From Balanoglossus misakiensis (taxonomy: Eukaryota > Animalia > Hemichordata), in assembly GCA_040954595.2 (NCBI GenBank), contig CM082589.2:2483175-2547174 (forward strand): a DNA stretch of 64,000 nt. Reading direction: 5' to 3'. The translations under genes and the position numbers were made by a program. This document shows positions 1-12,815 of this stretch, one piece after another (the stretch's first letter is position 1; each line of letters begins with the position of its first letter). Below the pieces are notes generated by a model. That model had not been told where the DNA came from, made no database searches, and was given only the letters and a program-made list of their open reading frames with translations.

Positions 1-810
1 TACAAAATCTTGGAACGCTAAAAATTACATTTGCATATACTGCATGTAATGGGCGAGGTCAACTTTTCACCAGGAAGTCGACTTGCTTGAGAATTTGACA
101 TTGGACAATATGGATCATGGAATGCTTTTGAATATATACATCTTTGTTACAGCTGATTGTAAAATATTTGCTTTTTCTGCGAAGATCCAAGTATTTGCGT
201 CAGTGTGTGTAAAAAGCATAAAAAGGGGTCATTTCTCATTTATTTGCATCATGTTAAGGGCACAGGGCAGATGAGAATTTTAAGGATGAAACTTGAATTT
301 GCCTTGAAAAGTACTGAAGTGATTCAAAATGACTGGAGCAATAATTCTATAGAGAGATAATTTCATCTTTACTCAGAAAAATCAAAGACAGGCTCATTTC
401 AAAATGGAGGGAAATGAAGTTTGTAATTTAGATCAGAAAATTCAGATATGACAATACTGTCTAATTTATTTAAATACTTGTTAAATTTCCATAAGTTATG
501 CATATATTGGACTTTTCCAAAAGGGGTTAAAAGTTCCTTTTGTCCGAACAATATCACACACACACAAAATAAATATATATTATTTTTAAATTCAAAGTCT
601 GTCCTGACTGTTTCCCTGAAAATGAGTTAGCATTGGCTTTTAACTACTGCCACAGGGTGTTCGGAAGAGGTAACTATTACCTGTACAGTTTGGTACATTA
701 TATACTAAATAATATGTGTATTGTCAGGGCCTGTTATCTTACTGTTGGGGTGTGACAAAAAATGTTCTTTCTTGGCATTGAAGTTTTTTTTCCACTGCAC
801 GGTTCCACTT

Positions 811-3800
811 TCAAAGCATGCTGAATGCCCGAACTTTGGCAAACATTTCCTGCAATATAAGTGGAACGGAGACGAAAATCAGGAAAACTTTGGTGTTAGA
901 GTTTTGGAGACACTCTCTCCCACCAGACATGTAGAACGACTTACCATGTAAATTCCACACTAGCACTCTGCTTGATTATAAGAACACCATGGACTATTGG
1001 ATCAATACACATTAATACACTTGAGTATAAGACAAGTGGACGGGCTACAGATACAAAACCATGTGGATAGAATTTTTTTTTACTGATGTAGAGGTGCGAA
1101 AGTCGAAGTGAATACTAACCTCTGTTAGTTGTGTCTTATCATAGTCCCTCCGATGTCTGTAGACGCACTGGCTCAACACTGAATGCAATCTTTCCAGGTT
1201 CTCAATATTGAAAGTCTTGGTGACCTCCACAGTGAAGTCCAGCAGGCTCTGCAAGAGAAAGACATACATCAGACAAAGTTCTTGCAAAAGGGAGAACAAA
1301 TATCTTATTTCATGAAGGAACAATATTACAAGAAATGTTTTAGTCAGATAAAGCACACCAATTGCGTCATACATGCTGGCGTAAACAACATGCATTTTAG
1401 ATTTTGGCTTCTGGTACTTGGGTTTTGTATACACATATGATGATAGCAACAATGAAATTCAATACAACAATTTACCTTCAGTTTTTCATGATCTACTGTA
1501 AGTGGTTGCACAGGTTCTTGCAGTATCTCAAAGGCTAGCTGAGCCTGAGCGTTGGCCGACCGTGACCTTGTCATTCGTATTGCTGGCACTTCCTCTGTAC
1601 AGACAGACAAAATATTTGTTAATTCACAATCTGGCCAGAGATGGAGTTGAAAAACAACAGTGGCTAGCATGGACAATGAGTGGACACCATTGTCGTCTGT
1701 TAATCCCTGACAATCGCACATTCTAGCAATAATTGAACCAACACAATAACATCACATTCAACAAGTACATTTAACCAACCTTCATCGTCTTTTTCCGCAT
1801 CTTGTCCATCACTTTTCTCCTTGTCTCTGGTGCTTTCAGCTGCCTCGGTCGCTTTGGTCAAATCCACTGTGTCGTTTGAAGCCTATGATCAACAGCAAAT
1901 CAAAATCAACATCGACACCAGGTGCATTCCTTCACCAAATGCAGATCAAGCCAACATTCAAAGTTATTCACTAAAATGCACAGTTCTACATCAAAAAATG
2001 ACACAAAACTCTTTTGAGCTTACCTCCCCTTGTTGACATTCTTCAACTCTTTCTAACTGATCAGCCTTTGAAGCTGCAATCTCTTTTACAGGTTTGTCCT
2101 TAGAAGTGGCCTCCTCATCCTTACTGTCCTCTTTGCAATTACTCTGTCCGTTTGACCTCTGACCTTTAGACGCCTGACCGGTCAGCAGCAACACTTCACT
2201 GTTATTATCAGAGTCTATTTCCTCTCTTTTCTCGCTCTCCGCAGACGGTGGTGGGCGCCGCGGAAGTCGGGCCACCCGGCCACTTTTCACACTTTCGTTA
2301 TCGCTGAACTTTTCATCAATCTCTGTGTTCTCATCGTCCCCGCCTTCCTCAAAGCTCTCTTTCACCTTTTCCACCGATACATCCATGGCTTCATTTTCGC
2401 CTGCACTGTCCATGTCCTCCTCTGTCTCCCGACTCTGTTTGGCCTCGGTCCTTTGAACTTTGACCTTCGATTTACTCCTTCTCCTCGAAAAGAACCCCCG
2501 CCTCCGGCGTTTCTTCACCCTCTTCACGATAACTTCTTCCGGATCTCCTTCCTGTTCGTTGGCCGTTTCCTGTTCATTATCGCCGTCCCTCTCAGCATCC
2601 TCATTCGGCTCGTCTGCCGTGGCCTCCGTCGGCTCGCACGTTTCATTTTCCGTTCCCTCGTCGCACTTCGGCGCAACTTTCCGCTTCTTCAGCGTTGGGA
2701 TCTGCCCCCGCGACCAACTGGACACCCTCCGCTTGGGTCGCCTGGGCTTCTGCACCGGGCCGTAGTAGATGTAGTCGGTGCTGTCGTTCAGCATTCCCTC
2801 TGCGGTCGACTGGGACTCTGTTCCCTGTGCTTTCTTGTTAAGTCTTGACGAATAGTACGACGTGAGGGCACCTGCTGAAGACTGGGACTGCCGTGCCTGC
2901 CTTTCAACGGGCTTGACATGGTAGTAAGCCGGAGCAGTCTTGGATGGTTCATCCCCTGTGAAATCAGACCCACACAACATCAGAAATTGTGGTTGCAACC
3001 AATTTATTATTCTTGAAATATCTCCTCGCACGTTTCAGCCAAAAGACAAATTCTTCTAAGATCTCACCTCGTCTCTTCTTCGACTCCACGATATCTTCAC
3101 ACATCTTTTCAAACTCTGGGTCGAGTTCACTGTCCACTATTGCATGCGCCACATCACGAAGTTCACAGGCACGGTGACGAATAATCTTATCTGTAAGTAA
3201 GTGGAGAAATATGTCAAGGAGAGCATTGGCTCGGCTCTGAAGCCTGTAAGTTAAATTTGTGTGCCAATTCACATTTTAAAAAAATCTCCTGCAAGACATA
3301 CCTGATGGGTCTCTGTCTGGATTATACTCCAGTGCATTCGTGCAGATCAGGTCAATGTCTCCAAGAAACTCCTTCACATTCCTGTAGACATGGGTATCAA
3401 TCTTCCCCATCATTGTTGACATGTCCATGGGGGTCTTGATCACTTCCAGGTAATCTTGTACCTAAATATGAAGCAGACATTGTATGAAGTTATACACTTA
3501 CTTATAAAAATTCAAAAAGTCCAGTGTCTTTTGTTCCACGCTCATCGTTTAGAATCTCTTACCTCCTCTAAGTCCACTGGCCTGGTGAAAATCTTGAACT
3601 TCTTATCAGAGGCCAGTCTTGTCAGTATACTCCTCAAGAACAGTCTCAGCTCTCTTATGGTCACTTCCTCCTGTTGTTCCAACTTCTGCAACTCTGCATT
3701 GTTTAGTTTTCTCGGCTCGGGCGGTGGGGCAACCGGAATTTCCTCCAGAAGTCTGGCAGCTGTGAATTGAATAAGGAAATTGTCATTGTGATCCATGACG

Positions 3801-6800
3801 ACTGCTTCAAGTGCAGGGACAAATTTTCAGAAGTCAACTTTGTGGGGAGTCAGCTTGCAAATGATCTTCTGACTTAGTTCATACCTGCTTTCTTTCTCTT
3901 GGCAGGGGCTTTGGCAGCCTGGTTCAAAATCAAGTCTTCAAAGAAGGCTCTTCTCTCCTGGTCAGTTGGTGGCTCTAAGTGCACGACTTCTCCTCCGATA
4001 GGATTAAATAAATATTGTACCTGTCATAACAAAAATAGTCAATCATGCATGACCAAACTGCCCCTTTTGTAGCAATCAAGACTATTGAAAATTGAAGTCA
4101 AACCTGGACCTGGATTCATGTGTTGACTAAAAATGCCGATCAGAGGGGAAAAAAGTATTGGGAGAAATTACCTGAGAATCTAATTGTGAGACATGTGTTT
4201 CACTTGTTGCAAGTAGAAGTACTGGAGAAGACGGAGGTAGATCTTGGAGAAGCGTTAAGAAAGTTGCCCTGAGTGTCTCGTTCACAGCGCTCCACCACTG
4301 TCCAATGTGAGGCATGTAAATAATGGACGGTGCAGTCCGTCTGGCTTCACGGAACACCTGCAATGGACATGTGGATGGTATAACCCTACTGATGTCAGCG
4401 GTGAGGTAGGACTTTTGCATTGGATAGCAGGGGTGAAAGGTGTTCACCTGTTGTTTTCATAGCATTGATTTCCCTTGTGTTATACAGTCAACCAAACTTT
4501 CAAGGGATATGTTCTTGTATGTTCACTACATTCACAAAAGATGCTTATGTGACGTAAAAAATCCCAGTCACTCACCTGAGCACAAGATTCTTCCGGCGTT
4601 CGAACACTGACTGCATACAACGCTGGCAGGTCTAAACAATGTACTGGCAGCCTCTCTAAACCGTGCAGTATTGCTGGAGCCACGTGTGAACTCTGACCTA
4701 GCCCTGCCTCTCCAGCGATCAACAAGCGAGGGCGGTGTGTTGTTGGCGACTGGAAAGCGGTGCTGTTGAAATGGAAGAGAGGAGTCAGACAAAGTCTCTC
4801 AAGAAATAACCATATATTATCTTAGAAGGTTAACATCCATCCATCAGTTTTTCCCCTCTCTCCCTCCCTCCGTCTGTCCCCCCCCCCCCCCCCCCCCCCT
4901 TCTCTTACTCACCTAGCAAAGCTGAGGAATGTTTGTGAATCTTCATCAGAGTTTAACTGAGGTAACAGACTTCTCCTTCTCGTTCGGCCTCGGCCGGTTG
5001 GATTTTCAAAAATGCAAAGTCCATCGTCTTCTTCACTGATATCTTCGTTCAAAACATCAAGAATCATATCAGAGGAATCTACAATAAAGACACGAGTATC
5101 TCAGATTATATTAACTCTGGTAAATAATGAAAATTATCATCTTTGATATAATACAAGCAATACAGGATATTGTACAAAATGATGGTTGCTGGTTTTGATA
5201 TTTAAACCTTTCACCCCATTTCACTCTACTGAGGTCCAACATTACAATAGAAAACAGTGGATTTGGAACAAACCACATTGATGAAAGGGTTAAATGTGTA
5301 TATTCGGAACTGTAATGAAAGGACAACAAAAGTTGCTCTACTCCAAAAGTAAATAGAAATGAAGGACATTTCAGATAGGTGAAAACAAACTTTTTAACTA
5401 ATAATTTTTAGATTAGTTGAAATTGAATTATCAAGAATTAGAGAAAAGATCATGGCTCAACATGTGGTAAAATTAACACAATGACAATACATAACAGTGT
5501 CATATTTTTTAAAATGACATGAATAGTTGATTATTAGAGGGGTTAGATTAACACAACTTGACAAACATCAGAAGTAGACCAAATGAAAAACTGTTGAAAC
5601 AGATCACAAAACTCACTTTCTGAAATACTTACATAAATTTGTAAGGAATAGGTCATAAATTGAAAAAAAATAGGGGCAAAAATAAACAAGATGAGTAATC
5701 AGTGTGGTTGGTTGCAGTGTGTGGTAATTTTTTCTTGAAGGTACTCAGAATTTCCGCAAATCAGAAATATTTTTGTAGAGTATGGATGAAAACTTTATAA
5801 ACAACGATAACAGGGCTCAAAGCAGGAAGACACAACCAAGCAAAGCAATGCAAAACAAAATTGCCAAAAACAGGGCAGTACACCCAGCACAGCATTCAGG
5901 AATTCAAGCAAGCACACTGAACGTACCTTGCACATCATTTGAAGTGTCTTGGACCACAGCGGGAGGGAACACCTTCCGAAGCGACTCCGTGACCACGTTG
6001 AGCATATTCTGAAGGAGGGGTCGGATCACTGGAGTCAACGACCGACCAGGACAGGATGCTGACCGCTGCGAAGTTGGCACGAGGTTTTGTATGGCCTGGA
6101 AGAAATCTCTGGCGGACAGCTGAATGGAACTGATGTCTAGTTGCAGTTTCTCCTTCGTTGTATAGATTTGTGGGTAGCGCCTTCTGAGGGCATGCAAGGC
6201 AGTTTCTGTACACAAAGCTTTGATGTCAGCACCAACATATCCTGGAAAGGAAAACAATAAATATACACCATTTTTATTCACGGGTGATGGGTACACTGAT
6301 ACAAAGACAATCCTTCATAAGAACGAGCTTGCCTGTTATACTCTGAAAATGCTCTGAGAGTTCAACTTACCCACACACTTTTCACTGACTTCTTTCAGGA
6401 AGTGATCGGATAGTTTAGGATTCCATTCTTTGGTGTGTATCTTGAGAATACTGAATCTGGCCTGTGTAAACAAACAACAATGGACAAGATTTACCATAAC
6501 GAGTCTTTACCAAGGAAACGAAATTCAGTTGGCGTTACAAGTATCCAAACTTTCTCACCTCTGCAGAGGGTAACGGAAATAAGAACTCTCTGTCAAATCT
6601 TCCTGGCCTCCTCAGTGCAGGATCTATGGAGTCTATTCTATTCGTGGCACCAATAACAATGATTTCGCCTCGGTTGTCCAAACCATCCATCAGAGCAAGG
6701 AGCGTAGATACAATGGAACTGTGGATCTGATCCTGTCGACTGGACCTCACAGGTGCAAGGCCGTCAATCTCGTCAAAGAAGATGATGGATGGTCGCATTG

Positions 6801-9800
6801 TGTATGCCTGAAAATGAATTTAAAAAAAAAAAAAATCTCTTGCTCACACTTTGCAATATCACCATAAATCATCAAAGATTGACACTACGAAATAAAAAGT
6901 AAAAGCATTTGACCAATACATACCTGATCAAACAGTAACCTCAGCTGTCTCTCTGACTCGCCCACCCATTTGCTGAGACAATCAGCACCCTTCCTCATGA
7001 AGAACGACACCCTACGATCCTCGTGGCTGCACTCATTGGCCAGAGCTCTCGCAACCAGGGTCTTCCCAGTTCCTGGCGGGCCGTGGAACAGGACACCTCG
7101 CGGAGGGGTGATCTTGAAGCGCTCGAAGACCTCCGGGTATAGCAAAGGGAACACCACCATCTCTTTCAGCGCCTGGATGTGTCGGCCAAGTCCACCAACA
7201 CTCTCAAATGTCACCTGGTAAACACAAAACATTACATTAATTCACCAACATGGTTCAGTCCAAACCCATTGTTTTCTATATTTTAACAATGTATGATGCA
7301 GTGAAAATGTACTAACCGATCTATCGATGACCATAGGGTCAACATCAGCTAGACTTGTACCGATCTTCGCACGGTCTTTCATAATTCCGGACTGTGCAAG
7401 GTCTTCTGGTAGCAGATTCATTGGAAGACATCTGTTTGAGTTGCAAAAGGGGTAAGAAAACACACAGAAAGTTAGTGGCAAGGGAGGTACAATCATGACT
7501 GAAACTCCGCCACAACACACAATGAATGAAATGACAAGGATATAACACATACCTTAACCTTGCTCTTGCCATGCTTTTTGATTTTCTGCGTTCAAACCTT
7601 CTTTCATCATCGGAGTCGGAAGAACTTGTCGAGGAACTGTTGTGCGTGGCGTGGCGCCGCCTAGTGTAAAATCCAAACAAAGTAATCGATCAAACTTTGG
7701 CACATTTTGATTGATCTGTGTATTTGTAAAATAAAAGTTTTTTCCTGTTTTCCAATAGTGTTGAAACCAGCAGAAATCGGTCTACTGTGCTTGTGGTACT
7801 TCAGGGCTAATGGGTACATGCCTTTTTAATCCCGGACTTCGCAGTGGTGTCACTGGACCTGTGTAATGCTTCCGGAGTTTTCTTGAAGGAGAGTCGAACA
7901 AACCATGGTTTTTCTTTGGTCTTCGCCGAACTGGAAAACATAATTGTAAGATTAATTTTAGTGTTAGGATGATGTAATATGATAGAAAAAAAATTGCATT
8001 GATAACACACAAATGCATTAAAAAGTTAACTGAGTAATGGAGGCGTTTTTGATCACCTTCTTGTTGAATAGCAAATCTTTGTGGAGCCCTTTTCTTCTCA
8101 CGAAGGAAGTATTTCTGCCTCGGTCTGGATTCTTCTTCTTCATCTTCATCTGAACTGCTCTCTGGATGGGAAACATAGACAGTGGTGATTTCTGTATCAG
8201 GCCTGGTTTTCATTGAACTCTGGGTTGGGTATCTTATACTGTTAGTGGTTATACATTCTTACATAGAGTGTCTGACAGACAATGTAGGGAAATTAACGAT
8301 TAAAAATTTATGAAACAAGGTAAGTATGCATACCTTCACTGTCATCGTCTGAATCGTCTGAATCATCAGAGTCCTCTTCCGATGATCCATCTTGTTGTTT
8401 TGAAGAGTTTTCTGAGACAGGTACGCCATACACGTTGCGTTTCTTTGGGGGCGGTCTGGGACGTTTCACCCTTGTGTACATGTCCAGTGCTTTGAACTCC
8501 TGAAATAGAGGGGGAAAGGGTCAATGTCTTCAATTTGTCTTGGCAGACAGTCAAAAATTCACTCAATAGTTTAATGCTAAGATTTTCAAGCAGTATACTG
8601 AGGTCAACATGCACTCGGTATGAATCTGAATCTGACCTCTTCCTCCTGTTGTCTCCTCACCCTTTCTTCTTCATCTGTTTCAGATTCAGCATCAGAGCCG
8701 GATTCCTTATCCTCACTTTCATCTTTTACAGGCTTTCTGTTACTGGATGTTCTGTCAGGAGCTAATATGTGTACGTCCACTGCCCTTGACAATGACATCT
8801 CCCCTGTGATGAAAAAAATATATTGAAAAGGAAATCAGACAAACAATTTTGTTAGCTTTATCACTGAACCTCAGGCTGGGCTTGTAATCTTTTATTGCTG
8901 GCCTGGAGTTAATGGATCTGAGAAGGATTCAGGGTTCTCCACGGGGGGTTTTTGAGGGGCGGCCCGCCCCTCTGTTTTTTGCGGCCGCCCCTCTGTCGTA
9001 TGTGCCGCCCCTGCTTTTGACAACACCGCCCCTTTGTTTTACCCGGTAGAAAACAAAGCTCGCGCGTTGTGGTTTATAGTGTTACTAGTGTCTTTTGGGG
9101 GTGGACGTGAACAAAATGGTCATTCACACTTTGTCATGCACCATAGTGACACTTAGCATGGCAAATGGAAACCGTTTCACACATTCGGATCAATTTCAAA
9201 GTACCGGCCCAGAGAAAAACGATGGTGTTATCGACATGACCTAATTACGTGACCTTTGACAGTATGCGTCCTTCCTTCACTTTGTAACCCGGAAGACAGC
9301 AAATTTTTCACTGGACATTTTCATGACAGCGACTTCAACAATGATTACGATTTTTGGGGGTTTCATTGACTACAATTTTATACCGATCAAGGCCATTAGT
9401 AATCCCGACCGTGACAACGACTTTGGAGCCGATGTCGAGAGCGGGTGGTCGCGCGCGCGATCGGGGACCCAGCCAACTGCATTGAGCTGTGGACGCGATG
9501 TACGCACACGGTCGCGGTCAGTCGAACGCGCGCGACCGTGTTTTCGACAGTGTGTCTACATACTTATATTTATACCTTTGTATCTTAAAATGTCACTCCT
9601 TTGACTTTTGTTTGAAATTCTGTGAAGTTAGAGCAAAATATTTTGGGACATCGAGATTTCGTTGTTACTTGCAAAAAGTCCTGGGCTGGGGGGTCGTGTA
9701 CCTTAGAATTTTAAAGCACTGGCGTATGGTCACTCTGGTGCATTCCACAAATACAAAGAAACATTATGTTAATTTTATGCAAATGATATGCTAATATTAT

Positions 9801-10923
9801 GTAAATTATCCGCCCCTCTTAATTTTCAAAGCGTGGAGAACCCTGGGATTTGTTCACCCCTCAGCAAGTAAGATGACAAGATGAATAAAATATGTTGGCT
9901 GTGAAATACTTACCAAGCAGGCTGGCATTGTAAGTGCCATAGATCATTTTCCTGTTCCGCCTGCTACTCCGTCTGGGTTCAACATCGCCATTCATTAAAG
10001 AATGACTAGGCTCTGCTTTATTTCGTGATCTGGAACTACTCTCTTCTAACTCCTGCAAGACCAAACAATGATAAGCTTTGTATTCCCCCAAGAACACGAT
10101 GGCTACTGAGACACTAAAAAACTTTCATTTATGTATTCATGTGTGACTGCATGACATTAAACTTAACAAATTGTGGGGTTCTGTAATAAATAAAATGCCA
10201 CTATTTCATGGGTTTTTAAAACAATATCACCTCAAATTAATATTTACATAAAAACTGAGAATATAACAGAACAGACAGGAAGCACTGTCAGCTGTCTTGT
10301 TTCAAGGTCACCTCAGAAAAAAATTCTGAAGGTCGCTTTGTTGACACTCGAGATGTCATGTTACGACGCACACTACAAGTAATGAATTGCAGCATTTTTC
10401 TTGTTGCTAAATAAGGTTCTTTTTGCATTTCTGTTGGAGAAATCAGAGCAAAGCACATATTTCCTATAGTTCTTCTGCTACCCGGGGAGTCTGCATATTT
10501 CTCCTTGTCTATAAAATGGCGCCCTCTCTCCGTCTGTCATCATGCAAATCATGTTTAGCTATCATCAGCATCTCATCCCCGTTTAGTTCCGTACAATTCA
10601 GAACAACACTTTGAGTGGTTTCTGTTTTTGCATTTCACAAACGAAATGAAGCCGGTTACGCTTAGCAGCTCCGGTGAAACCAGCTTGATCGAAAAATTCT
10701 CTTGCGGGACGGTAAACTTCGGGGATCCACTTCCGCAAACATTGGGCACTCGGCACCGCGCGATCAAAGAACAATAACACAGACGGGTTTGTTGCAATGG
10801 AAGTTTACTTACCCGAATATCATCCTTAAAATCGTCACTTCTACGGGTCCGCCGTGGCCTGAGTGAAAGGAACTCCGGAGAGTCTGCCGGGTCGGCACCT
10901 CCGCTGTGTCGCGTTTTCACCAT
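811..10923 (-). CDS. ATAD2: ATPase family AAA domain-containing protein 2 (AAA+ ATPase with bromodomain), multi-exon
   Basis: Exon 1 is 10813-10923 (MVKTRH..., followed by a gtaagt donor). AAA1 has Walker A GPPGTGKT, the segment FFMRKGADCLSKWVGESERQLRLLFDQ, Walker B IIFFDEIDG and ALRRPGRFDREF. AAA2 is degenerate (GEAGLGQSSH). Bromodomain exons read LRLFLRSILTRLASDKKFKIFTRPVD...DKIIRHRACELRD. The C-terminal LERLHSVLSQCVYRHRRDYDKTQLTE splices to a last exon at 811-849 (EMFAKVRAFSML*). Confidence 0.96.
4878..4898. repeat. poly-C homopolymer in an ATAD2 intron
   Basis: Run of about 21 C preceded by CCCT repeats. Confidence 0.85.
8930..9845. mobile_element. Non-autonomous DNA transposon (MITE), hAT-like, with 5-bp TSD
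   Basis: Perfect 14-bp TIRs CAGGGTTCTCCACG / CGTGGAGAACCCTG, flanked by the direct repeat GGATT (8925-8929 and 9846-9850). CCGCCCCT motifs repeat subterminally. No transposase ORF. Lies within an ATAD2 intron. Confidence 0.85.
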
Positions 10924-11719
10924 TTTCAGTTCACCAACTTAGAATACCTACATATGCCACCATATTGGATGGTGAACATACCAATGGTTCTGGGCATAGT
11001 ATCAGTTCGCGGAAAAGTAGTTCATTATACATCATGATATTGTCGCTTGAAGTAAGCATATCAAGATAAAATATGTATTTTCAAATATAGCGAGCATATC
11101 TGACCATTGGTATGCATTAGAAAGGACAACTGTGCCATGAAATATACATATAATTTTGTGATAGCGGATGAATAAACATTAATGTGTTGTCACACGGTTC
11201 AAACTTAGTTGGCGCGAAATATGCACTGAAATGTACATAATTCCTTCAAAAAGATGTGGAAATGTAATTCAGAAAAGAAGTAAAGTAATACAGTGCGGTA
11301 TATTTAAAAGCATGTTTTGTGTTGTCGGTTTATTTTCCATTTAGAAGATGTGAATCTGTTTGTTTCCACAAATACCGGTGTTGAAATGAACAATGCATGA
11401 GTGTATATTTCGAAAACCTTCAGTGAACTTTGACCCCCAGCCTCGTGCTAAGTGAAACATGCGTAAACTAATTTCGGGCGAGGTAAAGAATATCTGGACC
11501 TTCAGGCGTAACTTTGGTTATTCTTACTATGATATACAGTAATGCAATAAAAAATGAGATCCATGTCTTATTCATATTTAGAACATTTTCCACACGAAAA
11601 TTGTCCACAGTTTTCATCCTTGGACGCGGTGCCATGCCATAAGTCAGCTCGTAAGTCTACGAACAGGCGGTTGTCACTGTCTTTGTTGCCGAGAGGTACG
11701 ATCAACATGCTGGCCGAAA
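10924..11719. promoter_or_regulatory. Divergent (probably bidirectional) promoter/5'UTR region between ATAD2 and TMEM244
   Basis: Start codons are head-to-head ~800 bp apart. An E2F-like TTGGCGCGAAA lies near 11209-11219. The call rests on position only. Confidence 0.45.
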
Positions 11720-12815
11720 ATGACAATCTCCACCGGTGTAAGTATAATTCAAGGGTACATATGTGATTTATTATGATGTCAGAATCGAAAATTTTAAAAT
11801 CGCCCTTACGTTTGTTTGTATTTCAGAAAATTTTTCTCAATATCCTGGTGTGTTTATTTGCGTTCTATGCTGTGTTCTACATCTGTGCGACCGTTGTGTT
11901 TGGTGCGTTCAAGTAAGTACTGTGTTTACCTTGGTTTTTAGATTATTTGAGTGGAATGACAAGAATCAACATGATTGAAATCCAATGTTGAGATCTGATG
12001 GGGTGAATCTTTTCACGTGAATGATCAATCGTACTGTGGTCTGTGTACTTCCGCAGTCCTAATGAAATCTACATTTATACACATGTATCTTTCATTTTCC
12101 CCAGATTAAAATCATTTGACGGTACTATTCCGTTCCACTATAAAAGTTTCGATGAAAAATTTTACCAGCTTGTACCGTTTAATCAGGCAGTGTGGACAAG
12201 TCAGCCTTTCTTGAGTAAGTACATGTACATTGTAAACAAATCAGTGTCTGTCATTGCTCTTTGGTCGTATAGTCCCATATCGTATAGCCTGGTGAAAACT
12301 TCCTAGGAGAAGAGTTATGTCTTTGATCATCACTTTATCCACAAGAGACAGGCATTGTTGACATATTGACTGAAATATACTTGTATGTATGTTTCTTCTT
12401 CTTGTAGGTGACTTTGTAGCACTCGAGGCCACATACATCTTCACAACATGGATTTATTTGATATACCTAGATAGTTGGTTATGGGACTATGCTGTTACTG
12501 TGACAGTTATACATTGTGCAATAGTGTGTGCAGGTAGGTTTCTCACAAAATACAGTGTCTTGGAATTTCCTATGGAAAGTGCAGGTTATTCTTTTTCGGT
12601 GACAAATGTAATGTGCCTTACTTAAGTATGCTAATTTCTGTCTTTCAGTGAACTTGACTTTCCCTTTGGTGTGGGAATGGTGGGTTTGTGTCCTGATCGG
12701 ACTGACCATCATGATTGTCCTGGGAGAGTCCATTAACGCCTGCTGTAGATGCAGAAAGAATAGAAAAACAGGAGAATTCTCACCCAATAAAGACGCCAAG
12801 TCAAAGCCAACATGA
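11720..12815 (+). CDS. TMEM244: Transmembrane protein 244 homolog; exons 11720-11737, 11827-11912, 12105-12214, 12408-12533, 12649-12815
   Basis: All introns are GT-AG with consistent phases. The spliced product MTISTGKIFLNILVCLFAFYAVFYICATVVFGAFK...PFHYK...LEATY...WLWDYAVTVTVIHCAIVCAVNLTFPLVWEWW matches the TMEM244 motifs as I recall them (PFDFK, TEVTY, WVWDYAISVTILH, FPLTSHWW). Confidence 0.85.

Noticed and set aside
2453-2848. Plus-strand ORFs of 131 and 101 aa opposite the ATAD2 acidic/basic exon
   Set aside because: Antisense shadows of a low-complexity coding exon, with no independent motifs or splice signals.
9323-9794. ORFs inside the hAT-like MITE
   Set aside because: Short, with no DDE or BED-finger motifs; the element is non-autonomous.
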